Positions 8,666 to 15,806 of a stretch of DNA of 20,000 bases are shown here, one piece after another. Numbering within the stretch: the stretch's first letter is position 1; every line of letters starts with the position of its first letter. A program made the position numbers and the translations under genes. Under the pieces are notes generated by a model that was given only the letters and a program-made list of their open reading frames with translations, ran no database searches and had not been told where the DNA came from. The stretch is from Candidatus Latescibacterota bacterium (GTDB taxonomy: Bacteria > Latescibacterota > UBA2968 > UBA8231). The DNA is taken from the NCBI GenBank assembly GCA_965219385.1, contig CBDCNM010000002.1, positions 4,459,751 to 4,479,750 on the forward strand, read 5' to 3'.

Positions 8666-9430
8666 TCAGGATCCGACTTCCGCTTTGTGTTCTGCGCTCA
8701 AGCGCTTGGCCAGTTCGACGCAGGCCATCGCGTCCTTGCCGTAGCCATCGGCGCCCATATCGTCGGCGAATTCCTGGGTTACCGGGGCGCCGCCCACCAT
8801 GATCTTGACGTCGTCGCGGAGGTCGGCGTCGATAAAGGCTTCGATGGTTTTGCCCATATTGGGCATGGTCGTGGTCAGCAGCGCCGACATGCCCAACAGG
8901 GGCGCCTCGTGCTCCTCCACCGCGTCGATGAATTCGTCCTCCGCCGTATCGACGCCCAGATCGTGCACCACAAAACCGGCCCCGCGCAGCATCATGATGC
9001 ACAGGTTTTTGCCGATATCGTGCAAATCCCCCTTAACCGTGCCCATGATCGCGGTGCCGACCGGCTCGATTCCCGAGGCCGAAAGAATGGGCTCGATATA
9101 GGCCATGCCGGCCTTCATGGCCCGGGCGCAGGCCAGTACTTCGGGGACGAAGATGAAGTTCTCGCGAAACTTGATGCCGACGATGGCCATGCCGGTGATG
9201 AGGCCGTCGTCCATGATCTCCAGGGCCTCGGTACCGCGGTCCAGGGCGGCTCGGGTCAACTCGTCCACGGTATCGTTATCTCCGTCAATGAGCGCAGCGG
9301 CGATGGTCTGCATGGCGGGCGCGGCCCGGGCGAAGAGCTCGACTATCCGCTCTATTTCGTCGGGGCGCTCGAGAAATTCCTCAATCTCCTCGCGGATGAA
9401 TTCATTGTCGATATCGCTGATTTCTGCCAT
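8666..9430 (-). CDS. Corrinoid (cobalamin-binding) protein, MtaC/MttC-like
   Basis: Cap domain (GLITGMAIVGIKFRENFIFVPEVL) plus the base-off/His-on motif GTVKGDLHDIGKN...SALLTTT...MVGGAP. GGAG RBS upstream. Confidence 0.96.
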   Translation of the reverse strand: MAEISDIDNEFIREEIEEFLERPDEIERIVELFARAAPAMQTIAAALIDGDNDTVDELTRAALDRGTEALEIMDDGLITGMAIVGIKFRENFIFVPEVLACARAMKAGMAYIEPILSASGIEPVGTAIMGTVKGDLHDIGKNLCIMMLRGAGFVVHDLGVDTAEDEFIDAVEEHEAPLLGMSALLTTTMPNMGKTIEAFIDADLRDDVKIMVGGAPVTQEFADDMGADGYGKDAMACVELAKRLSAEHKAEVGS

Positions 9431-9452
9431 AATTGGGGGTCTCCACAGGGGC

Positions 9453-10496
9453 TCAACTGGGGGCGGTGTGCTCTTTGTGCCAGTCGCGCACGGCCCGGGG
9501 AATTTCCTTGAGGTTCTCGATCGAGGTCTGCAGTGGAATAGCGCATTCCGGACCGACCAGCTGGATGCCGGATGCCAGGTTTTTGTAGACTTCCTGGCGC
9601 ACGGTTTCGGGGCCTTTGGAAAACAGGGTCTCGGGGTTGTTGATGTTGCCCACCAGAGAAATCCGGTTTTGCATCACCTCCATGGACTCGCCGGGCTGGT
9701 TCTTGGAGTCGTAGTGAAAGGCGGCCATGCCGGTCTGGGCGATGAAGTCCATGCGGTCCACGGTGCGTCCGCAGATGTGGAGGATCAGCGGGATGGGGAT
9801 GCTCTCGACGAACTCGATGTGCATATCGCGCAGGTAGCGTTCGTAGTACTCGCCGCTGACCAGGTCGCCGGTGGCGTGGTCGGGCAGGGTCAGGGCATCC
9901 GCTCCAGCTTCGATCTGGGCCACCCCGAACTGCACGGTCGCCTCCTTCATCCTGTCCAGACAGAGCTTGGTTTTGTCCGGATCGTCCAGGGACATGAGGA
10001 GAAAGGGTTCCACGCCGAAACAGTGGTAGCCCAGAGACCAGGGCCCCATGGTCTTGCCGATGACGGCGACCTCGTCGCCGAATTCCTTTTTGAGGATCTC
10101 GATCGCCTCGAGGACGCACCGGGTATCCTGATGGGTCAGAAAATCGGATGGAATTTTGATGTCCTCGGGTTGTTCCCAGATGGGCTCGCGCATCCGCACC
10201 GTGGGCCAGTTGTCCTTTTGCTCCCACTGGACCTTGCAGCCCAGGGCGGAAGACTCCTGGATGATGGTGAAGACCGGCATGATGCTGTCGAAGCCCAGTT
10301 CGGTATAACCGGTGGCGGCCAGGCGGGCCATCAATTTGGGCTCGCGGTTGGCCTGCGGGAAAGGGGCATCCACCAGGTCCATGAGTTCGACGGTGGCTAC
10401 GGAAGTCGGGTTGCAAACCGGGGTCCGGTCCACCTTTTCGCGGCGCAGGGCCGCCAGGACCCGCTCGCGGCTGTTCATCGAAATAGGGGTATCCAT
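9453..10496 (-). CDS. MtaA/CmuA-family methyltransferase (UroD-like TIM barrel, Zn-binding)
   Basis: SRERVLAALRREKVDRTPV, ESSALGC, GKTMGPWS, QIEAGAD, Zn motif ILHICG, LVGNINNP and C-terminal GPECAIP...ENL. Start at ATG 10496 (alternative 10478), not 10913. Confidence 0.92.
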   Translation of the reverse strand: MDTPISMNSRERVLAALRREKVDRTPVCNPTSVATVELMDLVDAPFPQANREPKLMARLAATGYTELGFDSIMPVFTIIQESSALGCKVQWEQKDNWPTVRMREPIWEQPEDIKIPSDFLTHQDTRCVLEAIEILKKEFGDEVAVIGKTMGPWSLGYHCFGVEPFLLMSLDDPDKTKLCLDRMKEATVQFGVAQIEAGADALTLPDHATGDLVSGEYYERYLRDMHIEFVESIPIPLILHICGRTVDRMDFIAQTGMAAFHYDSKNQPGESMEVMQNRISLVGNINNPETLFSKGPETVRQEVYKNLASGIQLVGPECAIPLQTSIENLKEIPRAVRDWHKEHTAPS

Positions 10497-10513
10497 TTTT
10501 TTCCCTGGTTGAA

Positions 10514-11143
10514 TTATTCTTGTTGGCTGGGAGCGGAGAGAACCCCGCGCGAGGCGGATTGCTCCTGTTCCCGCATCACCGCCCGTACATTGGGGGCGCG
10601 CACCAGGATCAGACCGACCAGAGGGTCGTGGCCCTGCCCGCAGGAAAAGGCGACTTGGTCCTCGGCCTGGTCCTCCATCTGTCCCAGTTTGATCAGGCCG
10701 CCGGCAATGGCCGAAACCCGCCGTTCCACATTCTTGCCGGTGCTTGCGGCCCCGACCCGGTAGACCCCGTCGCCCAGGCTGGAGACGGCGATGTCGCAGT
10801 CGGCTTTTTTGTCGAAAACGCGCAGGGGACGTGCGGTGTAAGGTTGGCTGGGATCGAGCTTGCAGGCCTCGAGAAAAAGCCGTTTGCAGGCCAGTTCGTG
10901 CGCGGCTCCGCAAGGAAAGCAGAGCAGACCATCCGGGGTTGATTCCATGCCTCCCAGGGCAATCATGGCCTGCCTCACGGATTCGACGCGCAAAGAAGCC
11001 CCTTCCAGGCCGCTGTAGGTGTGGACCAGAAACTCGGGTCCGCTTTCCCGCTCCTGGCGGTACAGGGCAAGGGAGATGTCGTGGAAATGAGGGTCCATCG
11101 GGACCAGCTCGATTCGACTGCCAATATCGACGGTGCGGCCCAT
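10514..11143 (-). CDS. Hypothetical protein, first gene of the methyl-transfer operon, with an internally duplicated FxCGxxH motif
   Basis: 209-aa ORF with a GAGGT RBS, ending 17 bp before the MtaA-like gene. No family recognised. Confidence 0.85.
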   Translation of the reverse strand: MGRTVDIGSRIELVPMDPHFHDISLALYRQERESGPEFLVHTYSGLEGASLRVESVRQAMIALGGMESTPDGLLCFPCGAAHELACKRLFLEACKLDPSQPYTARPLRVFDKKADCDIAVSSLGDGVYRVGAASTGKNVERRVSAIAGGLIKLGQMEDQAEDQVAFSCGQGHDPLVGLILVRAPNVRAVMREQEQSASRGVLSAPSQQE

Positions 11144-11191
11144 GCTTGGTTTACCTCGTTTTTGAGCCAGTATTTGCTTGACAGCAGAGAA

Positions 11192-11232
11192 AAAGGTCAG
11201 CTATTTTTAATTGAGCTGATGGTCTGACCTTT
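11192..11232. promoter_or_regulatory. Putative FadR-subfamily operator(s)
   Basis: TGGTCTGACCT (11220-11230) matches the FadR/LldR-type palindrome TGGTCnGACCA with one mismatch. AAAGGTCAG (11192-11200) is an exact inverted copy of CTGACCTTT (11224-11232), suggesting a second partial box. Confidence 0.65.
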
Positions 11233-11245
11233 AGAATGATATATA

Positions 11246-11274
11246 AGCTTAAACCAGGATGGAGATCTTGTAAA
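11246..11274 (-). promoter_or_regulatory. Putative sigma70 promoter of the methyl-transfer operon
   Basis: Minus strand TTTACA (11274-11269), 17-bp spacer, TAAGCT (11251-11246). The predicted start (~11239) lies just upstream of the FadR-like box. Confidence 0.55.
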
Positions 11275-11355
11275 GCTAGTTTTTGGGATTGAGCCCTCTT
11301 CACCTCGGTGATTTCACCTTATAACTATCTATCATTTATATATTTAGGAGATAAT

Positions 11356-12102
11356 ATGGCCCTGGACACTCCACTCCGGGAAAACCTGGCCATGGAGGAA
11401 ATGAAACCCGTTGCCCGGGCTTCCTTGAGCGATAAGATTGTAGAACAGCTCATAGACCTGATTTCCCGCGAGGTGCTCAAACCCGGGGAGCGGCTCCCGT
11501 CCGAAAGGGAACTGTGCAAGAAATTCGGGGTAGGGCGTACTTCACTGCGAGAGGCGCTGCGCTCTTTGTCGGTCATGGGGATTCTGGATGGACGGGTTGG
11601 AGAGGGTACCTTTGTCTGCAACAACAACAAGAAATACCTGGAAAAAACCCTGCAATGGGGCTTCCTGCTCGACCGCAAAAAAGTCCAGGATCTGATCGAA
11701 ACCAGGCTCATGCTGGAATCCCAGACCGCTTTTCTGGCGACCCAGAGGGCCACGGAGGAGGATGTCCAGGAAATCGAACAGACCCTCCGGGGGATGGGAG
11801 AAACCCTCAAGCAGCCCGAGCAATACCTGGAATTTGATTTGCGTTTCCATCTCCTGATAGCCCGGGCCACGCAGAATTCGATCCTCTACAGTATGCTCAG
11901 TACCACCCGTGGTTATTTGCAGGAGTGGATCAAAGGCAGCCTGGCCGAAAGGGCGGGGAAACGGGCTATCCTATCGCTGCGGGAGCACGAGCACATCCTC
12001 AAAGCCCTCCGCAAGGGGAGGGCCGAGGACGCCCGCCAGGCCATGAAGGAACACATCCTCTCCAGCAGTATCGACCTGCAGACGCATATCCCCGAGGACT
12101 AG
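11356..12102 (+). CDS. GntR/FadR-family transcriptional regulator (wHTH + FCD)
   Basis: LKPGERLPSERELCKKFGVGRTSLREAL...GEGTFV HTH, and FCD features (DLRFHLLIARATQN, EHEHIL, AMKEHI). ATG 11356 follows an AGGAG RBS. Confidence 0.96.
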   Translation: MALDTPLRENLAMEEMKPVARASLSDKIVEQLIDLISREVLKPGERLPSERELCKKFGVGRTSLREALRSLSVMGILDGRVGEGTFVCNNNKKYLEKTLQWGFLLDRKKVQDLIETRLMLESQTAFLATQRATEEDVQEIEQTLRGMGETLKQPEQYLEFDLRFHLLIARATQNSILYSMLSTTRGYLQEWIKGSLAERAGKRAILSLREHEHILKALRKGRAEDARQAMKEHILSSSIDLQTHIPED

Positions 12103-12103
12103 G

Positions 12104-13108
12104 CTACCCGTCTATCAGGGTGCGGTTGATGAATTCGGTGATGTCCTCGATTTTCTCGAGTTCGGTGAAAATCAAGCTCTGGGCAATGCGGCGCGACAGT
12201 CCCTCCATGGGTTCGGAGAAGTAATTGACGGGCTCGCGGCCGTCGGTCGCACTCAGGAGCAGACAGCCCAAATCGCTCACCGCCATTTTCTCCGCCTCTG
12301 CGGCAAGATCGTATTCGGCGGTTCTGAAGTAGGCATTCCAGAAAACATTGATGGCTTCGAGAAAAGCGGCTTTCTGAATGCTGTAGTGCATGGCCCTAAG
12401 ACAAAGATCGCTGGCGTAGAAAGCCAGATCAAAGGATGGGTTGCCAAAGTGTGCAGTGGCGAAATCTACCAGGTAAACCTGGCCGTTGTCGATCCACACA
12501 TTGCGGGGGCGTAGATCGCCCAGGACCAGGGTGCGGCGATCCTTCAAAAGCTGGTTGGCCTGGGCATTGATGATCTTCTTCAGATCTGGAAACGCCTGAA
12601 CAACCCTTTGGTAATGCGGTTCGATGCGCAATTGAAAGAAGGGCTTGGTCTCTTTGAAGAGAGCCTTCAGATCGCAGTTGCCGGCGGTCTCGTTGTGCAC
12701 CGTGGCCAAAAGTTCTCCGGACTGAGCGGCGATTTGCAGGTTGATGCGGCCCCAGCCCAACTCTTCTTCCCAGGACACGGCGTCCTTGGGGGGCGCGGTG
12801 GTGACCAGAATAAAGTCCGTGCGATCTTCCAGTAGTACGTCCGGAATCACATCCGGTGGCAGGATCTGCGCCAGGACCTCGATGCAGTTCTTCTCGTGAA
12901 AAATCCTTTTGCGATCTATCCACCAGCGCTCCTTGATTTGCACCCTGGGGAGAGCCTGCTTGAGGATCAAGGACTGCGAGGGAGTGGAAACATGGTAGAT
13001 GAGGTTTTTCTGCCCGTTGCCTATTTGTCTGATCTGAAGGGGCTCGTCGGTTGACAGCAGCTTCTTGCGCTGCAAATAGGCAGGAATGGACTTCTTGTCG
13101 AGGTTCAT
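12104..13108 (-). CDS. APH/choline-kinase-fold phosphotransferase, methylthioribose kinase (MtnK)-like, with divergent catalytic motifs
   Basis: IGNGQKNLIYHV (compare GDGNLN), LILKQALP, GELLATVH, LGDLRPRN and VDFATAHFGNPSFDLA. Start ATG 13108 is 17 bp after the lipA stop. Confidence 0.8.
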   Translation of the reverse strand: MNLDKKSIPAYLQRKKLLSTDEPLQIRQIGNGQKNLIYHVSTPSQSLILKQALPRVQIKERWWIDRKRIFHEKNCIEVLAQILPPDVIPDVLLEDRTDFILVTTAPPKDAVSWEEELGWGRINLQIAAQSGELLATVHNETAGNCDLKALFKETKPFFQLRIEPHYQRVVQAFPDLKKIINAQANQLLKDRRTLVLGDLRPRNVWIDNGQVYLVDFATAHFGNPSFDLAFYASDLCLRAMHYSIQKAAFLEAINVFWNAYFRTAEYDLAAEAEKMAVSDLGCLLLSATDGREPVNYFSEPMEGLSRRIAQSLIFTELEKIEDITEFINRTLIDG

Positions 13109-13125
13109 GACGTCGTCTGCTCTTT

Positions 13126-14043
13126 CTAAAGGATGTCGGAATTGGACTGAGTCGGCGGCCGGGCAATGGTCCTGGCTGCCATACTGTCTACCTGCTGATC
13201 GGCGTGGTAGGAACTGCGCACCAGCGGGCCGGATTCGACGTGGCGAAAGCCTAAATCCAGAGCGAACCCGCGCCACCTGGCGAATTCGTCCGGGTGGACA
13301 TAACGCTCTACGGGCACGTGGTTCGCAGAGGGGCTAAGGTACTGCCCCAGAGTGAGGATGTGGCAGTGAACCGCAGCCAGGTCGCGTATGGTTCGGGCAA
13401 TTTCATCTCCGGTTTCGCCGGCGCCCAGCATCATCCCGGACTTGGTGGAGGCCGGGCTCGTGGCATGGGCTCGTTCCAGCAATTCGAGGGAGCGCTGGTA
13501 CTTGGCTTGGGGGCGCATTTGGGGATAGAGCCGAGGCACGGTTTCGATGTTGTGATTGAGGATGTCTGGATCTGCATCCAGGATGGTCCGCAAGGCTTTC
13601 CAATCGCCCTGGAAGTCGGGAATGAGGACCTCTACTGTGGTCTCCGGGCAGCGGCGGTGAAGTTCTTCCAGGGTACGGGCGAAGATGCGGGCACCGCCGT
13701 CCTGGAGCTCGTCCCGGTTGACCGAGGTGATCACTGCATGGCGCAGGCCCAGGCGGGCAACAGCCGCGGCCACGCGCTGTGGTTCGTCCTCATCCAGGCC
13801 TAAGGGGCGACCAGTCTTGATCGCACAGAATCCACAACTGCGGGTACAAATATCGCCCAGAATCATGAAGGTTGCGGTGCGGTTGCCCCAGCATTCTCCA
13901 ATATTGGGGCAATGCGCGCTCTCGCATACTGTATGAAGCTTCAGGTCCTCGACTAAATGTTTGATTTCAATGTAACTAGGACTTCCGGGCGCTCTGGCTT
14001 TCAACCAGCGAGGCAAGGGTTTTCTGGGGTGCTTAGGGGCCAT
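13126..14043 (-). CDS. lipA: Lipoyl synthase
   Basis: Auxiliary-cluster motif [12 protein letters not shown], radical-SAM motif [18 protein letters not shown] and the C-terminal VRSSY motif. Confidence 0.98.
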   Translation of the reverse strand: MAPKHPRKPLPRWLKARAPGSPSYIEIKHLVEDLKLHTVCESAHCPNIGECWGNRTATFMILGDICTRSCGFCAIKTGRPLGLDEDEPQRVAAAVARLGLRHAVITSVNRDELQDGGARIFARTLEELHRRCPETTVEVLIPDFQGDWKALRTILDADPDILNHNIETVPRLYPQMRPQAKYQRSLELLERAHATSPASTKSGMMLGAGETGDEIARTIRDLAAVHCHILTLGQYLSPSANHVPVERYVHPDEFARWRGFALDLGFRHVESGPLVRSSYHADQQVDSMAARTIARPPTQSNSDIL

Positions 14044-14088
14044 AAGTGAAGCGTAGATGGTTGAGAAAGGATTGGAAAGAGGGTTTCC

Positions 14089-14179
14089 CCGGCCTAAATC
14101 CCGGCCTAAATCCGGCCTAAATCCGGCCTAAATCCGGCCTAAATCCGGCCTAAATCCCGGCCTAAATCCCGGCCTAAAT
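14089..14179. repeat. Tandem repeat, 8 copies of CCGGCCTAAAT (11 bp, three junctions carry an extra C)
   Basis: Units start at 14089, 14101, 14112, 14123, 14134, 14145, 14157 and 14169. No spacers. Confidence 0.97.
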
Positions 14180-14186
14180 ATAGATG

Positions 14187-14215
14187 AATGTACTACTTGA
14201 AGCGTTTATTATCAA
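14187..14215 (-). promoter_or_regulatory. Putative sigma70 promoter for lipA and the kinase gene
   Basis: Minus strand TTGATA (14215-14210), 17-bp spacer, TACATT (14192-14187). Predicted TSS ~14180, immediately before the repeat array. Confidence 0.55.
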
Positions 14216-14335
14216 GTCCTGGCATTGCCTTCCCGAGTGGGGGAAGCGTAGGGTATTTGTGTTAATCGCCGGGATATGGGTGGCTTGGCCCAACGCCGGC
14301 CGGCGGCTTTTGCAGCCAGGCGAAGGTCGCTGGGG

Positions 14336-14351
14336 GTTTTAAAACGGCTTC
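14336..14351. mobile_element. Orphan IS5-type terminal inverted repeat (relic end)
   Basis: GTTTTAAAACGGCTTC matches the IS5 end GTTTTCAGACGGCTTC (16721-16736) at 14/16 positions and is likewise followed by TWA+G. No partner IR was found to its left. Confidence 0.65.
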
Positions 14352-14354
14352 TAA

Positions 14355-15803
14355 GCTCGACTTTATCCATTTATGTAGCGTACGAGACGGTGTGTATCAA
14401 GCGGTTGAGTAGGCTTCGAGGGATTTTTATCAGGTCGTGTTGGTTGGGCAGGTTGGAAAAAGCCTGCCAGAGCCGTTGTCGGACCCAGGCCACGGCATCG
14501 GAAAAGGTGGGTTTTCGTTTGCCATACCAGGCCGTGGCATGGCAGGGGGAGGCGCTTTTGGGGGCCAGCCGATTGGCGATGAGGGCGACCAGACTAAACA
14601 AGGCCAAGATGACCGGCGTGGTCCGGGCAATGGCCCGCTCATTCCATTGGCGTTGGGTTTCCATGCCCAGATGGGCGCGGGCTTCCTCAAAGGTAGTTTC
14701 TACCGACCAGCGTTGGAGAAAATAGGTCAGCATTTGCCGAGGGGACAGACGCACATCGGTCGAGAGCAAGGCTTGGGGCGCGAAGCGGCCGGCCGGGTCT
14801 CGGATCAGCAGCCAGCGGAGGGGCACGGCGGGCAAGCCAGTGTGATACCACAGCGCCGTTTGGCTGTAGGTTTCCACTGTATAGGGGCCGGCGGCATACC
14901 ACCGGTCCAGGGTGAGGGGGTGCCAAGGGGTAGTCGGATCGTTCAGGTGCTGCTGGAGGGTGGGCTGCCGGGCGCCTTTGCCGCGGGGGCGTCCCCGCGT
15001 GTGCGGCGTGCGGGTTGGTGGTGGGTCATACAGGGCCGCATCCAACCGCAAGCGGGTAATCAGCCCCACGTGGGGCCGAACCGCGTCGAGAAAGGCCAAG
15101 GCGGAGAAGGTGCTATCGGCGACCACGACCAGCCGGCGGGTGGGCAGCCAGCGCGCTACCAGCTTGAGCATAGTCTGCCCCCGTTGCAACAGGGTGAGGG
15201 GGGTGCGCTGGCGCTGAGTATAGTAGCGGGCCGACGGACACAGCACACTCATAAAGGGTAAGGCCCAACTTCGATCCGCCCAAGGGATAGGCGCTACCAG
15301 CATCAACGACAGCCAGCGCAAGCCGCTAGCCTTGACCAGGTGGGGCCCACTCGAGCGGACGGGATCCCGGTAGATGCCTCGGGCCCCAATCTGGGCGCCC
15401 CGGCGCCGCTCGATGGTCTCATCCAGGCCCAGGACCAGGGGCCCGTGGGGGGCAAAGGCGGCCACCAACGCCTGGAGGAGTAGCTTACTGCCGGCCAGGG
15501 GCGACCACACACAGCGGTTGAGGATCCGGTGGTAGGTTTGAAAGGTAGGCTGTTGGCTCAAGCCCAACACCTCCAACACGGCGCTGACCGTGCGTTTACC
15601 CGGGGCTAACAGCGCCCCGACCAACAGCGTCTGAGCCTGCGGCCAAACGCGGCTCGAAAAAAGGGGGGCAAAGGGCGACAAAATCGTTATTATATCTTTC
15701 GGCAGGGGGCTCATCGGTTTCTCCTGGGCTGTCGATGCTTGGATACCATCAACAGTACGGAGGATACCGGCCTCCTGCCATGCGCGTTTGGATAAAATCG
15801 AGC
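14355..15803 (-). mobile_element. IS701-family-like insertion sequence, copy 1 (~1.45 kb)
   Basis: Terminal IRs GCTCGACTTTATCCA / TGGATAAAATCGAGC (14/15). Flanked by TAA on the left and TTA on the right. Ends are uncertain by 1 bp because the duplication could be 3-bp TWA or 5-bp CTWAG. Confidence 0.88.
14371..15714 (-). CDS. DDE transposase (IS701-family-like), 447 aa
   Basis: LGLDETIERR, VVADSTF and QRWSVETTFEEAR DDE motifs. Start taken from copy 2 (MSPLPKD). Confidence 0.92.
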   Translation of the reverse strand: MSPLPKDIITILSPFAPLFSSRVWPQAQTLLVGALLAPGKRTVSAVLEVLGLSQQPTFQTYHRILNRCVWSPLAGSKLLLQALVAAFAPHGPLVLGLDETIERRRGAQIGARGIYRDPVRSSGPHLVKASGLRWLSLMLVAPIPWADRSWALPFMSVLCPSARYYTQRQRTPLTLLQRGQTMLKLVARWLPTRRLVVVADSTFSALAFLDAVRPHVGLITRLRLDAALYDPPPTRTPHTRGRPRGKGARQPTLQQHLNDPTTPWHPLTLDRWYAAGPYTVETYSQTALWYHTGLPAVPLRWLLIRDPAGRFAPQALLSTDVRLSPRQMLTYFLQRWSVETTFEEARAHLGMETQRQWNERAIARTTPVILALFSLVALIANRLAPKSASPCHATAWYGKRKPTFSDAVAWVRQRLWQAFSNLPNQHDLIKIPRSLLNRLIHTVSYAT

Positions 15804-15806
15804 TTA

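Noticed and set aside
8658..9002. N-terminal extensions in the ORF track (RACo to 9002; likewise ORFs extended to 3206, 5386, 10913 and 13276)
   Set aside because: They overlap upstream genes in another frame and are low-complexity Arg/Gly/Pro-rich sequence. Downstream ATGs give normal operon spacing.
9430..10513. Pyrrolysine or selenocysteine read-through in the methyltransferase genes
   Set aside because: The ORFs are full-length for their families, with no in-frame stop interrupting a domain.
5161..10763. Long plus-strand ORFs (5161-6546, 7290-8744, 8414-9511, 9105-10763)
   Set aside because: Antisense shadows of well-supported minus-strand genes, expected from high-GC codon bias. No recognisable motifs.
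11144..11355. Cobalamin or SAM riboswitch upstream of the methyl-transfer operon
   Set aside because: The leader is short (~95 nt) and AT-rich, with no B12-box or SAM-I core visible.
13249..13258. Partial repeat-unit match GCCTAAATCC inside lipA
   Set aside because: Only 10 bp and within coding sequence; compatible with chance.
14089..14179. Repeat array as a CRISPR
   Set aside because: Units are 11-12 bp with no unique spacers, and there are no cas genes.
14216..14335. MITE or IS5 body attached to the orphan IR
   Set aside because: No convincing partner IR, and no clear similarity to the interior of the intact IS5.
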